From NCBI GenBank assembly GCA_963827165.1, contig CAWGZR010000005.1, forward strand, positions 96,001 through 160,000: a stretch of 64,000 nt of DNA, given 5' to 3'. Every line of letters begins with the position of its first letter. Positions within the stretch are counted from its first letter, which is position 1. The notes beneath the pieces were generated by a model, which worked only from the letters and a program-made list of their open reading frames with translations, searched no databases and was not told the origin of the DNA. Origin of the DNA: Candidatus Bathyarchaeota archaeon (GTDB lineage Archaea; Thermoproteota; Bathyarchaeia; Bathyarchaeales; Bathycorpusculaceae). Positions 27,685-38,150 of this stretch are shown piece by piece. The translations under genes were made by a program, and so were the position numbers.

Positions 27685-28722
27685 ATGGTAAGATTTAGTG
27701 GGTGTTATACAGCATTGATTACTCCAATGACTCCCGATATTCAAGTCGACTATGAGGGACTCAGCCAACTAGTGGATTTCCAAATAGAACAAGGTGCAAA
27801 AGGAATACTTGCCGTCGGCACAACTGGCGAAAGCCCTACTTTGGATTGGAGTGAGCACAATCGGGTAATCGAAAAAATACATGAGTACACAAACCCAAAG
27901 GGTTTGACCATCGCTGGAACCGGAAGCAACTCGACCCAAGAAGCCATCGAAGGCACCGAACATGCAAAGCGCACAGGCGTAAACTGTGTTCTGCTTGTAG
28001 ACCCATATTATAATGGTCCAAGTTCTCTGGAAATACGAAGGGAGTATATTGAACCGATTGCCAAGCAGTTTCCAGACGTTCAAATTATCCCGTATATTAT
28101 TCCTGGCAGAACTGGAACCCAACTTTACCCTCAGGACCTCGCCATACTTCACCAACAGTACCCAAACGTCAGCTGCGTTAAGGAAGCAACCTGCGATTTG
28201 AAAAACGCTGAGTTAACGAGGAAGTTCTGCGGCGACGACTTTGACATCCTTTCAGGCGACGACGACAAAACGTACAACATGATGATTTCGCCAGACATTT
28301 CGGCAAGCGGCGTCATTTCAGTCGTGTCTAACGTTGCGCCAAGCTCCGTCGCAGATATGGTTCATTACTTGATAGACGGAAACGAGGAAGCTGCCAGCGC
28401 AATCGCGCAAGCACTCCAACCGCTATTTGACATGGTTACCGTCAAAACGCAGGAACCAACGCCTTACGGCGACGTCTCATGCAAAGCCCGCAATCCCTTA
28501 GCTTTCAAAACGTTGATGAATGTGTTAGGGATGCCTTCTGGCCCATGCAGGCAGCCGCTGGGGAAAATGACTCGCAACGGCTTGGAAGTGGTCTTGACAA
28601 ACGCTAGAAAAGTTTTAGAGAACACCCCTGAAGTGCTCAAGCCCATTACAGACTACTTTGATGTAGACTTGAAAGAACGATTATACAATGAACGTTACTT
28701 AGAGGGACTATTCTATGCTTAA
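27685..28722 (+). CDS. dapA: 4-hydroxy-tetrahydrodipicolinate synthase
   Basis: TALITP, GTTGES, PYYN, YIIPGRTG, VKEA. Confidence 0.93.
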   Translation: MVRFSGCYTALITPMTPDIQVDYEGLSQLVDFQIEQGAKGILAVGTTGESPTLDWSEHNRVIEKIHEYTNPKGLTIAGTGSNSTQEAIEGTEHAKRTGVNCVLLVDPYYNGPSSLEIRREYIEPIAKQFPDVQIIPYIIPGRTGTQLYPQDLAILHQQYPNVSCVKEATCDLKNAELTRKFCGDDFDILSGDDDKTYNMMISPDISASGVISVVSNVAPSSVADMVHYLIDGNEEAASAIAQALQPLFDMVTVKTQEPTPYGDVSCKARNPLAFKTLMNVLGMPSGPCRQPLGKMTRNGLEVVLTNARKVLENTPEVLKPITDYFDVDLKERLYNERYLEGLFYA

Positions 28723-29509
28723 GCTCTGCGTAGCAGGCGCCGCAGGCAGAATGGGCAACGCCATCATAAATGAAGCAGTATCCCGAGGTCACCTGATAGT
28801 TGGAGCCATTGAAGCGCCAAATAATCCGAGCATCGGTAAAACTCTAAGAACATTGGGCTTTTTCAATTCTGAAACGCAGATTATGAGCTCTGACAAGTTG
28901 AAAGAGGCAGTTCAGGACGCCGACACATACATCAGTTTCACTTCGCCAGCCGCCGAAGTGGTTAACATTCCGATCGTGGCTGACCTTCGAAAACGTGTAA
29001 TCCTAGGCACCACAGGGTTCACGCCAGAACAGAATCGCCATGTGGTAAATGCGATAACGGGCAGGATTCCAGCAGTTTTTTCACCGAACTATTCTGTGGG
29101 CGTCAACATTCTCTTCAAACTCGCGGAATATTTGAAAGCGTTTCCAGAAGGCTACGACTTCAGCATAACCGAAATCCACCACACTGGCAAGAAGGATGCA
29201 CCAAGCGGCACCGCCAAAAAACTTGGCGAAATCATTGCAAACGCCCGTGGCTATAGCAAGGTTGTTTATGGACGAGAAGGCATGAGCCCACGTCAAGCTG
29301 GAGAACTTGAAATAACAGCGTTACGGGCAGGCGGAGTGCCAGGAATTCATGATTTAATCGTCGCTGGACCTTATGAAATGCTCCGAATCGAGCATACGGC
29401 GTTTTCGCGAAATGTGTTAGCGCAAGGCGCCATTTACGCAGCGGAATGGTTAAGCAGACAAACTGAACCAAAGGTCTACAGCATGGCTGACGTATTAGGC
29501 TTATCTTAA
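28715..29509 (+). CDS. dapB: 4-hydroxy-tetrahydrodipicolinate reductase
   Basis: GAAGRMG, GTTGF, EIHHTGKKDAPSGTA. Confidence 0.95.
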   Translation: MLKLCVAGAAGRMGNAIINEAVSRGHLIVGAIEAPNNPSIGKTLRTLGFFNSETQIMSSDKLKEAVQDADTYISFTSPAAEVVNIPIVADLRKRVILGTTGFTPEQNRHVVNAITGRIPAVFSPNYSVGVNILFKLAEYLKAFPEGYDFSITEIHHTGKKDAPSGTAKKLGEIIANARGYSKVVYGREGMSPRQAGELEITALRAGGVPGIHDLIVAGPYEMLRIEHTAFSRNVLAQGAIYAAEWLSRQTEPKVYSMADVLGLS

Positions 29510-29521
29510 AGGTGAAGCAGC

Positions 29522-30691
29522 TTGGTCAGAGTTGTTGTAAAGTTCGGAGGGGCAGATTTATCTTCTGGCGAAAAAATTCAGCGGGCAGCCGAGCTGTTGA
29601 CAGATGCATGTTTTGAAGAGGTGGTTGTTGTGGTTTCGGCTATGGGTAAAACCACTGACAGCCTTACCCAAACAGTCTCTCAGATAGGGGTAAACGATGC
29701 TGAATGGGCAGAGATAATATCTACGGGTGAACGGACAAGCGCCCGAATTTTTTGCGCTGCGCTTAAGGCTCAAGGACTAGAGGCTGAAGTGTTCGACCCT
29801 GCATACGATAATTGGCCAATAATCACCGACTCAAACTTCCGTAATGCAAAACCTGACATGCAAAAAACCGAATCTTTGACCGCTCAGTTCCTAACTCCAC
29901 TCTTAGGCAAGGTCATTCCGGTAGTGTGTGGCTTTCTCGGAAAGGATCCTTACGGTAGAGTCACAACTCTTGGGAGAGGCGGAAGCGACACGACAGCAAT
30001 TCTGCTTGCAAGAAGCGTATTGGCTGATGAAATTATCCTTGTGAAAGAAACAAGCGGAGTTCTATCTGCAGATCCAAAGATAGTTCCTGTTGCAAGGTAC
30101 ATAGATAAGTTGGAAATACATGAAATGTTTGACTTAGCTCAGGGCGGCGCAAGAATCGTTAAGGCAGGATCCCTCAAATACAAACTGCCTAACCAAAAGC
30201 TAAGGATTGTCGATTTCAACTCCGGTGAGCTCGCAAGGGGCGGTACTGAAATTACAGGGTTCTTCAATCTTAATTCAGCTGAAACCTTAACGCAAAAGGA
30301 CTTAATCGCTGTGAGCATTGTCTGCGAAGTCAACGCTCAAAACATTAGGGATGTCTTTTCAGTGCTAAACGATAAGCCAGTTTACGGCATCAGTTCGGGA
30401 AGAAAATCGGTGACGGTCTTCACCACGAGCGACAACGTAGCGCAAACCCTAAACAGACTGCATGAGATAAGGGATTTCAAGGCCGTAAGCCATAGGGAAA
30501 ATGTTGGCATGATCCAAATCAGCGACCCAGACTTCATAGATTCACCAGGCGGCATCGCAAAAATCTCAAACGCTCTAAGCCAGGCAGGAATCAACATTAT
30601 AGAAGTCACAACCAGCAAAGCAACCATTAATGTTTTTATCGAAGAAAAAGAAATCACAAGGGCGAAGGAAGCAATAGAAAATGTCGTATAA
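29522..30691 (+). CDS. lysC: Aspartate kinase
   Basis: VVKFGG, VVSAMG, TLGRGGSDTTA, C-terminal ACT domain. Confidence 0.93.
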   Translation: MVRVVVKFGGADLSSGEKIQRAAELLTDACFEEVVVVVSAMGKTTDSLTQTVSQIGVNDAEWAEIISTGERTSARIFCAALKAQGLEAEVFDPAYDNWPIITDSNFRNAKPDMQKTESLTAQFLTPLLGKVIPVVCGFLGKDPYGRVTTLGRGGSDTTAILLARSVLADEIILVKETSGVLSADPKIVPVARYIDKLEIHEMFDLAQGGARIVKAGSLKYKLPNQKLRIVDFNSGELARGGTEITGFFNLNSAETLTQKDLIAVSIVCEVNAQNIRDVFSVLNDKPVYGISSGRKSVTVFTTSDNVAQTLNRLHEIRDFKAVSHRENVGMIQISDPDFIDSPGGIAKISNALSQAGINIIEVTTSKATINVFIEEKEITRAKEAIENVV

Positions 30692-31739
30692 GCGTAAGGT
30701 AGCCGTCCTAGGCGCAACGGGAGCCGTAGGGCAAAGGTTCATTCAGCTACTGCAGGGACACCCGTGGTTCCAAATTGAAGTGCTTGCTGCTTCGGAGCGG
30801 TCGGCAGGCAAGAAATACGGTGAAGCCTGCAACTGGGTCATGGAGACGAATTTGCCTAAAGAAATAGCGGAGATGCCGGTAGCAAATGCTGACGTTGAGT
30901 CCGTTGAGAAGGCAGGTGATGTTGACTTAGTGTTTTCTTCATTGCCAGGCGATTTGGCCGGTCCAGTTGAATCGCAGTTTGCGGCGCTTTACCCGGTATT
31001 CAGCAAGGCAAGTGCCCACAGAATGGAGAAAGATGTTCCGCTGCTCATCCCGGAAATTAACTCAGATCACGCAGATTTAATTAAGGTTCAACAGAGGATG
31101 CGAGGCTGGAAAGGATTCATATCGACTGATCCAAACTGCAGTACCATCCAGCTTGCGATCACCCTAAAACCCTTAACAAAATTCGGCTTAAACCAAATAA
31201 TTGTTTCAACGATGCAAGCTCTCAGCGGCGCAGGATACCCAGGGGTGGCTTCACTTGACATAATTGACAATGTGGTTCCCTTCATTTCAGGTGAAGAAGA
31301 AAAAATGGAAGCGGAAGCGCTAAAGATACTTGGCACATTTGATGGCAAAGCAGTGCAGAATGCCGATTTCAAACTTAGCGCAAGCTGCAACCGCGTTAAT
31401 GTGAAAGATGGACATTTAGAATCAGTCTTCATAAAGACCGAATGTGATCCCTCAGTAGAAGAAATTGAGGCGGCATTTAGCGCCTTTAAGGGCGAGCCCC
31501 AAAAACTCAAGTTGCCCTCAGCGCCAAAGCAGCCGATCGTTGTGCGGCACGAAAAGAACAGGCCTCAACCGAGGTTCGACCGTGACACAGGTTACGGAAT
31601 GAGCGTTGTTGTCGGTAGGATACGCAAGGATCCGATAATGACTTTCAAGTACATGTGTCTGGGGCACAACACGGTGCGCGGGGGAGCAGGTGCAGGAATC
31701 TTAAGCGCTGAGCTCTATGTTGCTAAAGGCTTAGCGTAA
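30681..31739 (+). CDS. asd: Aspartate-semialdehyde dehydrogenase
   Basis: GATGAVGQ, PNCST, QALSGAG, HNTVRGGAG. Confidence 0.96.
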   Translation: MSYKRKVAVLGATGAVGQRFIQLLQGHPWFQIEVLAASERSAGKKYGEACNWVMETNLPKEIAEMPVANADVESVEKAGDVDLVFSSLPGDLAGPVESQFAALYPVFSKASAHRMEKDVPLLIPEINSDHADLIKVQQRMRGWKGFISTDPNCSTIQLAITLKPLTKFGLNQIIVSTMQALSGAGYPGVASLDIIDNVVPFISGEEEKMEAEALKILGTFDGKAVQNADFKLSASCNRVNVKDGHLESVFIKTECDPSVEEIEAAFSAFKGEPQKLKLPSAPKQPIVVRHEKNRPQPRFDRDTGYGMSVVVGRIRKDPIMTFKYMCLGHNTVRGGAGAGILSAELYVAKGLA

Positions 31740-31779
31740 AGCCTCTGGAAGGTATTGATGCGTAAATCGGGTGTGAAGG

Positions 31780-33072
31780 ATGGTCAAGGCAAAAAGATTT
31801 CGTGAGCCATTGGAAAACCGAAAAGGAAGCTTATTCTTTGAGGGCGTTTCAGTTAAAGAGTTAGCACAGAAATTCGATACACCACTATATGTGGTAAGTG
31901 AGAAACGCATCAGAGACAATTATAATCGGCTCGTCGACGCCTTAGTTAGCAACTACAAGTATCTAAGGGTCTACTACGCAGCAAAAGCCAACTCTAACCT
32001 AACCGTCCTTAAGGTTTTGAGGTCTCAAGGTGCATACTTAGACACTGTTAGCCCAGGCGAAGTCTTCATGGGCTTAGTAACCGGATACACGCCGGATCGT
32101 ATCATGTTCACAGGAACCAGCGTTCGAAACGACGAATTGAAAATGCTTGCGGACGCCAATATAACAGTAAACATCGACTCACTCTCCGAACTCGAAAGGC
32201 TATTTAAAATTGGAGTTCCGCAGGTTTTGTCGGTTCGGGTTAACCCGGAAGTCGGCGCAGGACATCACACCCATTGTGTAACCGCTGGTCCAGACTCTAA
32301 ATTCGGACTCTGGGAAGAAGAGGCCATTCAAGCTTACGCGATTGCAAAAAGAGCACGTGTGGAGCGCTTTGGCATTCACATGCATATTGGCTCGGGCATC
32401 TTAGAAATAGAACCCTACGTGCAGGCTGTCGATAAGCTGCTAAGCATAGCTAAACGTGTTCATGAAGAAGTAGGCATAAGCTTCGAATTCATCGATATCG
32501 GAGGCGGCTTTGGGGTTCCTTACAAGCCGGAAGACAAAGATTTCGATTTGGCCACCTTCTCAAGCAAAGTAGTGTCGCTCTTCAAAAACAAGGTTGCAGA
32601 GTACGGTTTAGGCAAACCATTCTTATGCGTTGAGCCAGGCAGATACTTAGTTTGCGATGCAAGCATACTTCTAACAACAGTTAACACAGTGAAGACGACG
32701 CCTTCAAAGAAGTTCGTCGGCGTAGACGCAGGCTTCAACACCTTAATTCGCCCAACAATGTACGGCTCCTACCAGCCAATCCTAGTTTCAAGCAAACTAG
32801 ACGAGTCAAATAAGGAAACCTATGATGTAGTCGGTCCAATATGTGAGTCAGGCGACATATTAGCCAAAGACCGCGAATTGCCAACCGTGGAAGAAGGGGA
32901 CGTGCTGGCGGTACTGAACGTCGGCGCCTACGGTTTCAGCATGAGTTCACAGTACAACGCGAGACCGAGAGCGGCGGAAGTCATGATTAGGCAAGGCAAA
33001 CCCGCGGTCATACGGGAACGCGAGCAACTCGACAACTTAACCGTTAACCAACATATGGAAGAGTCATCTTGA
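31780..33072 (+). CDS. lysA: Diaminopimelate decarboxylase
   Basis: YAAKAN, SKFG, HMHIGS, EPGRY, GPICESGD. Confidence 0.96.
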   Translation: MVKAKRFREPLENRKGSLFFEGVSVKELAQKFDTPLYVVSEKRIRDNYNRLVDALVSNYKYLRVYYAAKANSNLTVLKVLRSQGAYLDTVSPGEVFMGLVTGYTPDRIMFTGTSVRNDELKMLADANITVNIDSLSELERLFKIGVPQVLSVRVNPEVGAGHHTHCVTAGPDSKFGLWEEEAIQAYAIAKRARVERFGIHMHIGSGILEIEPYVQAVDKLLSIAKRVHEEVGISFEFIDIGGGFGVPYKPEDKDFDLATFSSKVVSLFKNKVAEYGLGKPFLCVEPGRYLVCDASILLTTVNTVKTTPSKKFVGVDAGFNTLIRPTMYGSYQPILVSSKLDESNKETYDVVGPICESGDILAKDRELPTVEEGDVLAVLNVGAYGFSMSSQYNARPRAAEVMIRQGKPAVIREREQLDNLTVNQHMEESS

Positions 33073-33908
33073 CACATTTCTGGAAAATGCATGGCTTAGG
33101 TAACGACTACATAGTAATCGACAGCAGAAATGAAAAAATCAACAGCTCAAAAGCAGCCAAGTTGGCAAAGATTCTTTGTGAACGCCGCTTCTCAGTCGGT
33201 GCAGATGGCCTCCTACTTGTTTCCGCTTCCAAAACGGTTGACGCCAGGATGAGGATTTTCAACGCTGACGGTTCCGAAGCAGAAATGTGCGGCAACGGAA
33301 TAAGATGCTTTGCCAAGTACTGCTACGAAAACTGCATTGCCAATAAAAAAGATTTTACCATTGAAACCCTCTCAGGATTCAAACATGTCTGGTTAACAAT
33401 CAATGGAGGAGTAGTACAGACAGTTAAGGTTGATATGGGAGAGCCGAACTGGGAAAGGAGTTCGCTACCCATGGTCGGTCAAGGAACCTGGGTAGATGAA
33501 AACCTTGATGTAAACGGCAAAGCCTTCAAAGTCACTTGCCTTTCAATGGGTAATCCCCACTGTGTCTTATTCGTCGATAATGTGGATGATTTTCCCGTAG
33601 ACCAAATGGGACCAAAAATCGAGAACCATAATGATTTTCCCAAAAGAACCAACGTCGACTTCGTCCAAGTCCTAAATAGAACTCAACTGAAAATTCGAGT
33701 TTGGGAACGCGGCTGTGGAGAAACCTTAGCTTGCGGAACTGGAACTTGCGCGTCAGTGGCTGCCGCAAACAGACTTGGAAAAGTCGGAAATAAGGTTACT
33801 GTGCATCTTTTGGGGGGCTCTTTGAAGGTTGAGGTTATTTCGGGAAAACTATTCTTGAGCGGTCCCGCAGATAAAGTCTTTGAGGGAAGGCTGTTTTGTG
33901 AGGCGTAG
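33069..33908 (+). CDS. dapF: Diaminopimelate epimerase
   Basis: KMHGLGND, EMCGNG, MGNPH, ERGCGETLACGTG. Confidence 0.96.
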   Translation: MTHFWKMHGLGNDYIVIDSRNEKINSSKAAKLAKILCERRFSVGADGLLLVSASKTVDARMRIFNADGSEAEMCGNGIRCFAKYCYENCIANKKDFTIETLSGFKHVWLTINGGVVQTVKVDMGEPNWERSSLPMVGQGTWVDENLDVNGKAFKVTCLSMGNPHCVLFVDNVDDFPVDQMGPKIENHNDFPKRTNVDFVQVLNRTQLKIRVWERGCGETLACGTGTCASVAAANRLGKVGNKVTVHLLGGSLKVEVISGKLFLSGPADKVFEGRLFCEA

Positions 33909-33910
33909 AC

Positions 33911-35071
33911 ATGACGTTTGAGTATGCTAAGAGAATTAAGCGGTTGCCGCCGTACTTGTTCGCTGAAATTGAGAAAAAGATCAAGGAGAAGAAAGCTCTG
34001 GGTGTTGATTTGATCTCGCTGAGCATTGGTGACCCTGATTTGCCACCGCCAAAATTCGTTATTGAAGCGCTCAAAGAGGAGGCAGCTAACCCCAGGAACC
34101 ACAACTATTCTTTCAGCCAAGGAGAGCCAGATTTCCGTGAGGCAGTCACAGAATGGTACAAGAAAAGGTTCAATGTTGATTTGGCACAAGACCAAGTGGT
34201 AGCTCTCTTAGGCTCGAAGGAAGGAATAGCAAATGTAGCCCGAGCGTTCATCAACCCAGGCGAACACGTTTTGGTGCCTGACCCCAGTTACCCAGTATAC
34301 GCTAATGGAAGTACAATTCTTTGCGATGGCAAGGTCGAGCTAATGCCTCTTATTGAAGAGAACGGTTTCCAACCCGATTTTGAAGCCGTCGACCCCAATG
34401 GAGCCAAAATGATGTTCATCAACTACCCGAACAACCCGACGGCAGCAACCACCGATAAGAAATCTTTGGAGAAAGCAGTGGACTTCGCTAAAGACAATAA
34501 CATAATTCTCTGCTACGACAACGCCTACTCGGAAATAACCTACGACGGGTACCGCGCGCCAAGCATCTTAGAAGTTGACGGCGCCATGGAAGTGGCTATT
34601 GAGTTCCACTCGCTCTCGAAAACTTTCAACATGACTGGTGACCGGATCGGCTTCGCGGTAGGGAACAAGCAGCTCATTTGCGGCTTGGCTAAAGTTAAGT
34701 CACAGATTGATTCTGGACCGCCAGTGTACACTCAGAAAGTAGCAGTAAAAGCCTTAGCAGCTTACAAAGATAAGGAACCACCAGAATTCCTGAGGAAAAA
34801 CAACCAAATCCTTCAAGAACGTCGAAACCTTCTCGTGGAAACCCTGTGCAAAATCGGATACAAATGCGACAAACCCAAAGCAACATTCTACGTCTGGGCA
34901 AACTGCAAAGGCGACTCGATCAAGTTCGCCACCAAACTGCTCGACGCGGGAGTTGCTGTGACGCCTGGGATCGGCTTTGGAAAATGCGGAGAAGGCTATG
35001 TAAGGATGACTTTCACCCAACCTAAAGAGCGCATAGTTGAAGCATCCGAAAGAATAAGCAGTGCTTTCTAA
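33911..35071 (+). CDS. dapL: LL-diaminopimelate aminotransferase
   Basis: LPPYLFAEI, NYPNNPT, DNAYSE, SLSKTFNMTGDRIG; last gene of the dap operon. Confidence 0.88.
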   Translation: MTFEYAKRIKRLPPYLFAEIEKKIKEKKALGVDLISLSIGDPDLPPPKFVIEALKEEAANPRNHNYSFSQGEPDFREAVTEWYKKRFNVDLAQDQVVALLGSKEGIANVARAFINPGEHVLVPDPSYPVYANGSTILCDGKVELMPLIEENGFQPDFEAVDPNGAKMMFINYPNNPTAATTDKKSLEKAVDFAKDNNIILCYDNAYSEITYDGYRAPSILEVDGAMEVAIEFHSLSKTFNMTGDRIGFAVGNKQLICGLAKVKSQIDSGPPVYTQKVAVKALAAYKDKEPPEFLRKNNQILQERRNLLVETLCKIGYKCDKPKATFYVWANCKGDSIKFATKLLDAGVAVTPGIGFGKCGEGYVRMTFTQPKERIVEASERISSAF

Positions 35072-35207
35072 CCACTTTCTTGAATTTCTATTTTACCTCC
35101 AGCAGCTAGCTGAGGTCATAGAGCCGAATACCACTCGTTAATACGGTATATATTAAATATGTGATGTATTAAATTCCTTAGAGTCGTAAACATCTTGGTG
35201 GATTAGA

Positions 35208-36221
35208 ATGGAACGCAGAATAATGTCTTTGGGCAGATCCTCAATGGTGATTTCGCTCCCAAAAAACTGGATGAACCTAAATGAATTAAACAAGGGAGAC
35301 GTAGTTTCGTACGCTATCCAACGTGACCGTTCACTGGTCGTTTATCCGGGAGCAGAGAAAAAGTCGCCACCGAAAGAGACAACGATTAAGATTGGACACA
35401 ACGATGATGAAGCATTAATAACCCAGAAGATCATTGGGTCATTTTTGAACGGATACGCTGGAATCACGCTCATAGCGGAAAAAATCCTCTCCGTTACCCA
35501 GAGAAAAGCCATACGGTACATCGCAGGCCGACTTTACATGAGAATTATGGAGTCGGATTCAAAAGGAGTTTACCTCCAAACTCTAACTGACGAATCAAAA
35601 GCTTCACTTGACCAGGCAGTGCAAAGAATGCATCTGATATCCTATTCCATGTGTGAAGATGTCTTCAATGCCTTGAAAACAAACGACGTTTCACTTGCAA
35701 AATCTGTTCTTTCACTCGACGATGACGTGGATCAATTTCACTTCCTTATCCTAAGAATATTACGGGGCGCAGCTCAAAGTCCAGTTTTGGCAAATGAACT
35801 TCGCTTGGACCCGCTCGATTGCATGGACTACCAGTATCTTTCGGTGCTAATCGAGCATGCCGCAGATTACGTCGCAGACATAGCCAAACACATCATAATG
35901 ATAGATGGAATGGGAGAGAAAATTCCAGCCAACTTGTTGGAGCTTATGGTCGATGAAGGAATGGAGGTAGTCGACTTGTACATTAAAGCCGTCAACGCTT
36001 TCTTTCAACACGACGCTGATTTTTCAGTTGAAATAATGAAGCAGACCAAGAGAATTGAAAAATTGGATCAAGAAATCGCAAATACAACTTTCATAAGCAA
36101 CAAAAGACCCGAGCTAATCTGCGCAGTTTGTTCTATTAGAGAAGACATAAAGAGAATTGCTTTCTATGCAGCAAACATCGCTGAAGTTACGGTGAATCAC
36201 GCGTTCAAAGTTTCGACGTAA
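35208..36221 (+). CDS. AbrB-PhoU domain regulator (archaeal phosphate uptake regulator family)
   Basis: RRIMSLGRSSMVISLPKNW AbrB fold plus two PhoU-like helical repeats (DDDVD). Confidence 0.88.
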   Translation: MERRIMSLGRSSMVISLPKNWMNLNELNKGDVVSYAIQRDRSLVVYPGAEKKSPPKETTIKIGHNDDEALITQKIIGSFLNGYAGITLIAEKILSVTQRKAIRYIAGRLYMRIMESDSKGVYLQTLTDESKASLDQAVQRMHLISYSMCEDVFNALKTNDVSLAKSVLSLDDDVDQFHFLILRILRGAAQSPVLANELRLDPLDCMDYQYLSVLIEHAADYVADIAKHIIMIDGMGEKIPANLLELMVDEGMEVVDLYIKAVNAFFQHDADFSVEIMKQTKRIEKLDQEIANTTFISNKRPELICAVCSIREDIKRIAFYAANIAEVTVNHAFKVST

Positions 36222-36249
36222 AAAAAAATAAACGTGAAAAAGGAAAACC

Positions 36250-37965
36250 CTATGCGGGTTTCTTTGTCGATTGATAATTCAACGTCATAGCCAGCTTTGA
36301 GGGTAGCAGATCTTTTTCCAGCATCTTTCTTGCCATCGGTAATGCTACGTTGAAGTTGTATACTTCTTTGCCGTTGCTTCGTGCATCCCGCAGCATTTCT
36401 TTCTCAACTTTGTGCTTTAAGTCGCCTACGCTTAGAGCGCCGATAACGAATATTCCAGGTAGCATTTCTTTCATGTCGTCTTTGAGTTCGATGCCTTCTA
36501 CGCCGAAGGGTGGAACTGCGTTTATGTCAAGCAGCAACTTCATGTGTTTGACGTCTTTGAGCATCTCTTTGTCGATGATGCGGACTCCTTTGACGCCTGC
36601 GCACATAATTACATCAGATTTCTGTATAATCTCGATTTTTGACGCAGGTGTCGGTGCGAATACTCCTTGAACTTGTACGCCGTGGTCTTTTGCCAAAAGT
36701 TTCCCTATACCTTCTGCATGTTCTTTACCGTCTGCACGTTTCGGGTTCAGGCTGGCAATCATTACTTTGCAACCCATCTTAGCGAGAAGGACAGCTGCTA
36801 TTTGTCCGACTGCACCGGTTCCCATGATGGCGCATGTCTTGTCTTTTAGTTCTCCAAGTTTGTTTGTTATTAGTGCGTTTTCTGCTTTCGCAACCATCGC
36901 TGCGGCTGTGGTATAAGCGCCGGCCGGGTCAATTATGATGCTTGTTTTGAATGGTGGGAACATTGAGTCCTTGACTGCCTGAAAGACTTCTTCGCTTCGT
37001 TCAGCGTTTTTTCCGCCGATCATGAAGGCTGTGTGTTTAACGCCTTTGGGCCCTCTTGAGAGCAATGCGTCTTGAGTGATGTTTCTTGCATCTTCAGGAT
37101 TCACGTTTTCGTATGGGATGACTGCGTCGTAGCCGACGTCGTATGCCATGCAGATGTCGAATGGGCTAGCTTTGGCGTCGGTGTCAATATAAAATAGTAA
37201 GTAAGGTGCTTCTTCCGTTCCTTTGCCCATTGTTGGCTTAACTTGGATCTGGATTGATTCCAACCAGTTTTCCATCTCATGAGTGGATGGTACTTCCGTG
37301 CTTGCTGCGATAACTTTCTTCGAAAGCTTTGCAGTTTCAACTTTCGCGTTCATCGATTCGAGCATCTGCTTTACTCCAGTCATGTGCTCGGGACTACAGA
37401 TGTGTAGGCAGGTCATTTCTTCTTTTCCTTTGACCTCTCTTGCGTGATTTAGAATGCCCATTGTTATCCAGCTTTCTCTAATCGAGAAATTAACTTCTTT
37501 TTGATGTTCTTCTATCTCAAATTGGAGACTTTGGCCAAGAGCGATCAAGTATTCTTTTTCCATTGAATCGTCTTTCTGTTTGGGCAGATTGTCCAAAGCT
37601 CTTAACAAATCATTTAGTGAGTTTATTTTTTTAGCGATTACGTCTCCGATATAGTCTTTTGCGGTTGCGTCAATGTCAACGGCGAAATAAGGAATGCTGC
37701 TTTTGCGCAAAATGTCCGTGGTTATGCTACCATCAAAGTCTGCGTTGGATCGATTACCTAATTCATCTGTGACGAAATCCACATTGACTTTGCTTACAAG
37801 GTTTTCGAGAAACTTGTAGAAACCTATGGAAGGCTTGAGCAAGGCTTTGGCTGAGTTCGAGTTTGCTTGCGGCTCGGTGACCCAGAACTGCTCATTGTAT
37901 TCTTTTTCCAGCAGTAAGACGTTGAGTTTCTTTTTTTCTAAAGGTTTTAATTCGAGAGTTTCCAT
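36250..37965 (-). CDS. NAD(P)-dependent methylene-H4MPT dehydrogenase (MtdA/B family) with a ~250-aa N-terminal extension
   Basis: SPFDICMAYDVG, DPAGAYTTAAA, GTGAVG Rossmann motif, DINAVPPFGVEG. Confidence 0.88.
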   Translation of the reverse strand: METLELKPLEKKKLNVLLLEKEYNEQFWVTEPQANSNSAKALLKPSIGFYKFLENLVSKVNVDFVTDELGNRSNADFDGSITTDILRKSSIPYFAVDIDATAKDYIGDVIAKKINSLNDLLRALDNLPKQKDDSMEKEYLIALGQSLQFEIEEHQKEVNFSIRESWITMGILNHAREVKGKEEMTCLHICSPEHMTGVKQMLESMNAKVETAKLSKKVIAASTEVPSTHEMENWLESIQIQVKPTMGKGTEEAPYLLFYIDTDAKASPFDICMAYDVGYDAVIPYENVNPEDARNITQDALLSRGPKGVKHTAFMIGGKNAERSEEVFQAVKDSMFPPFKTSIIIDPAGAYTTAAAMVAKAENALITNKLGELKDKTCAIMGTGAVGQIAAVLLAKMGCKVMIASLNPKRADGKEHAEGIGKLLAKDHGVQVQGVFAPTPASKIEIIQKSDVIMCAGVKGVRIIDKEMLKDVKHMKLLLDINAVPPFGVEGIELKDDMKEMLPGIFVIGALSVGDLKHKVEKEMLRDARSNGKEVYNFNVALPMARKMLEKDLLPSKLAMTLNYQSTKKPA

Positions 37966-38150
37966 TTTTGTTAACCTCTGCTTCTGTGAGAACTACAAAG
38001 GCTGATATATACTTAATCGAAATACGCCATGTAAAGTTATATATGGTATATACAAGTAGGCAACAAACGATATATCGGCATATACTGCCTATACAGCATA
38101 TTCTGCGAACAAAACAATAGAAAAAGAATAAAAAAGAGTTTAAAAAACAT

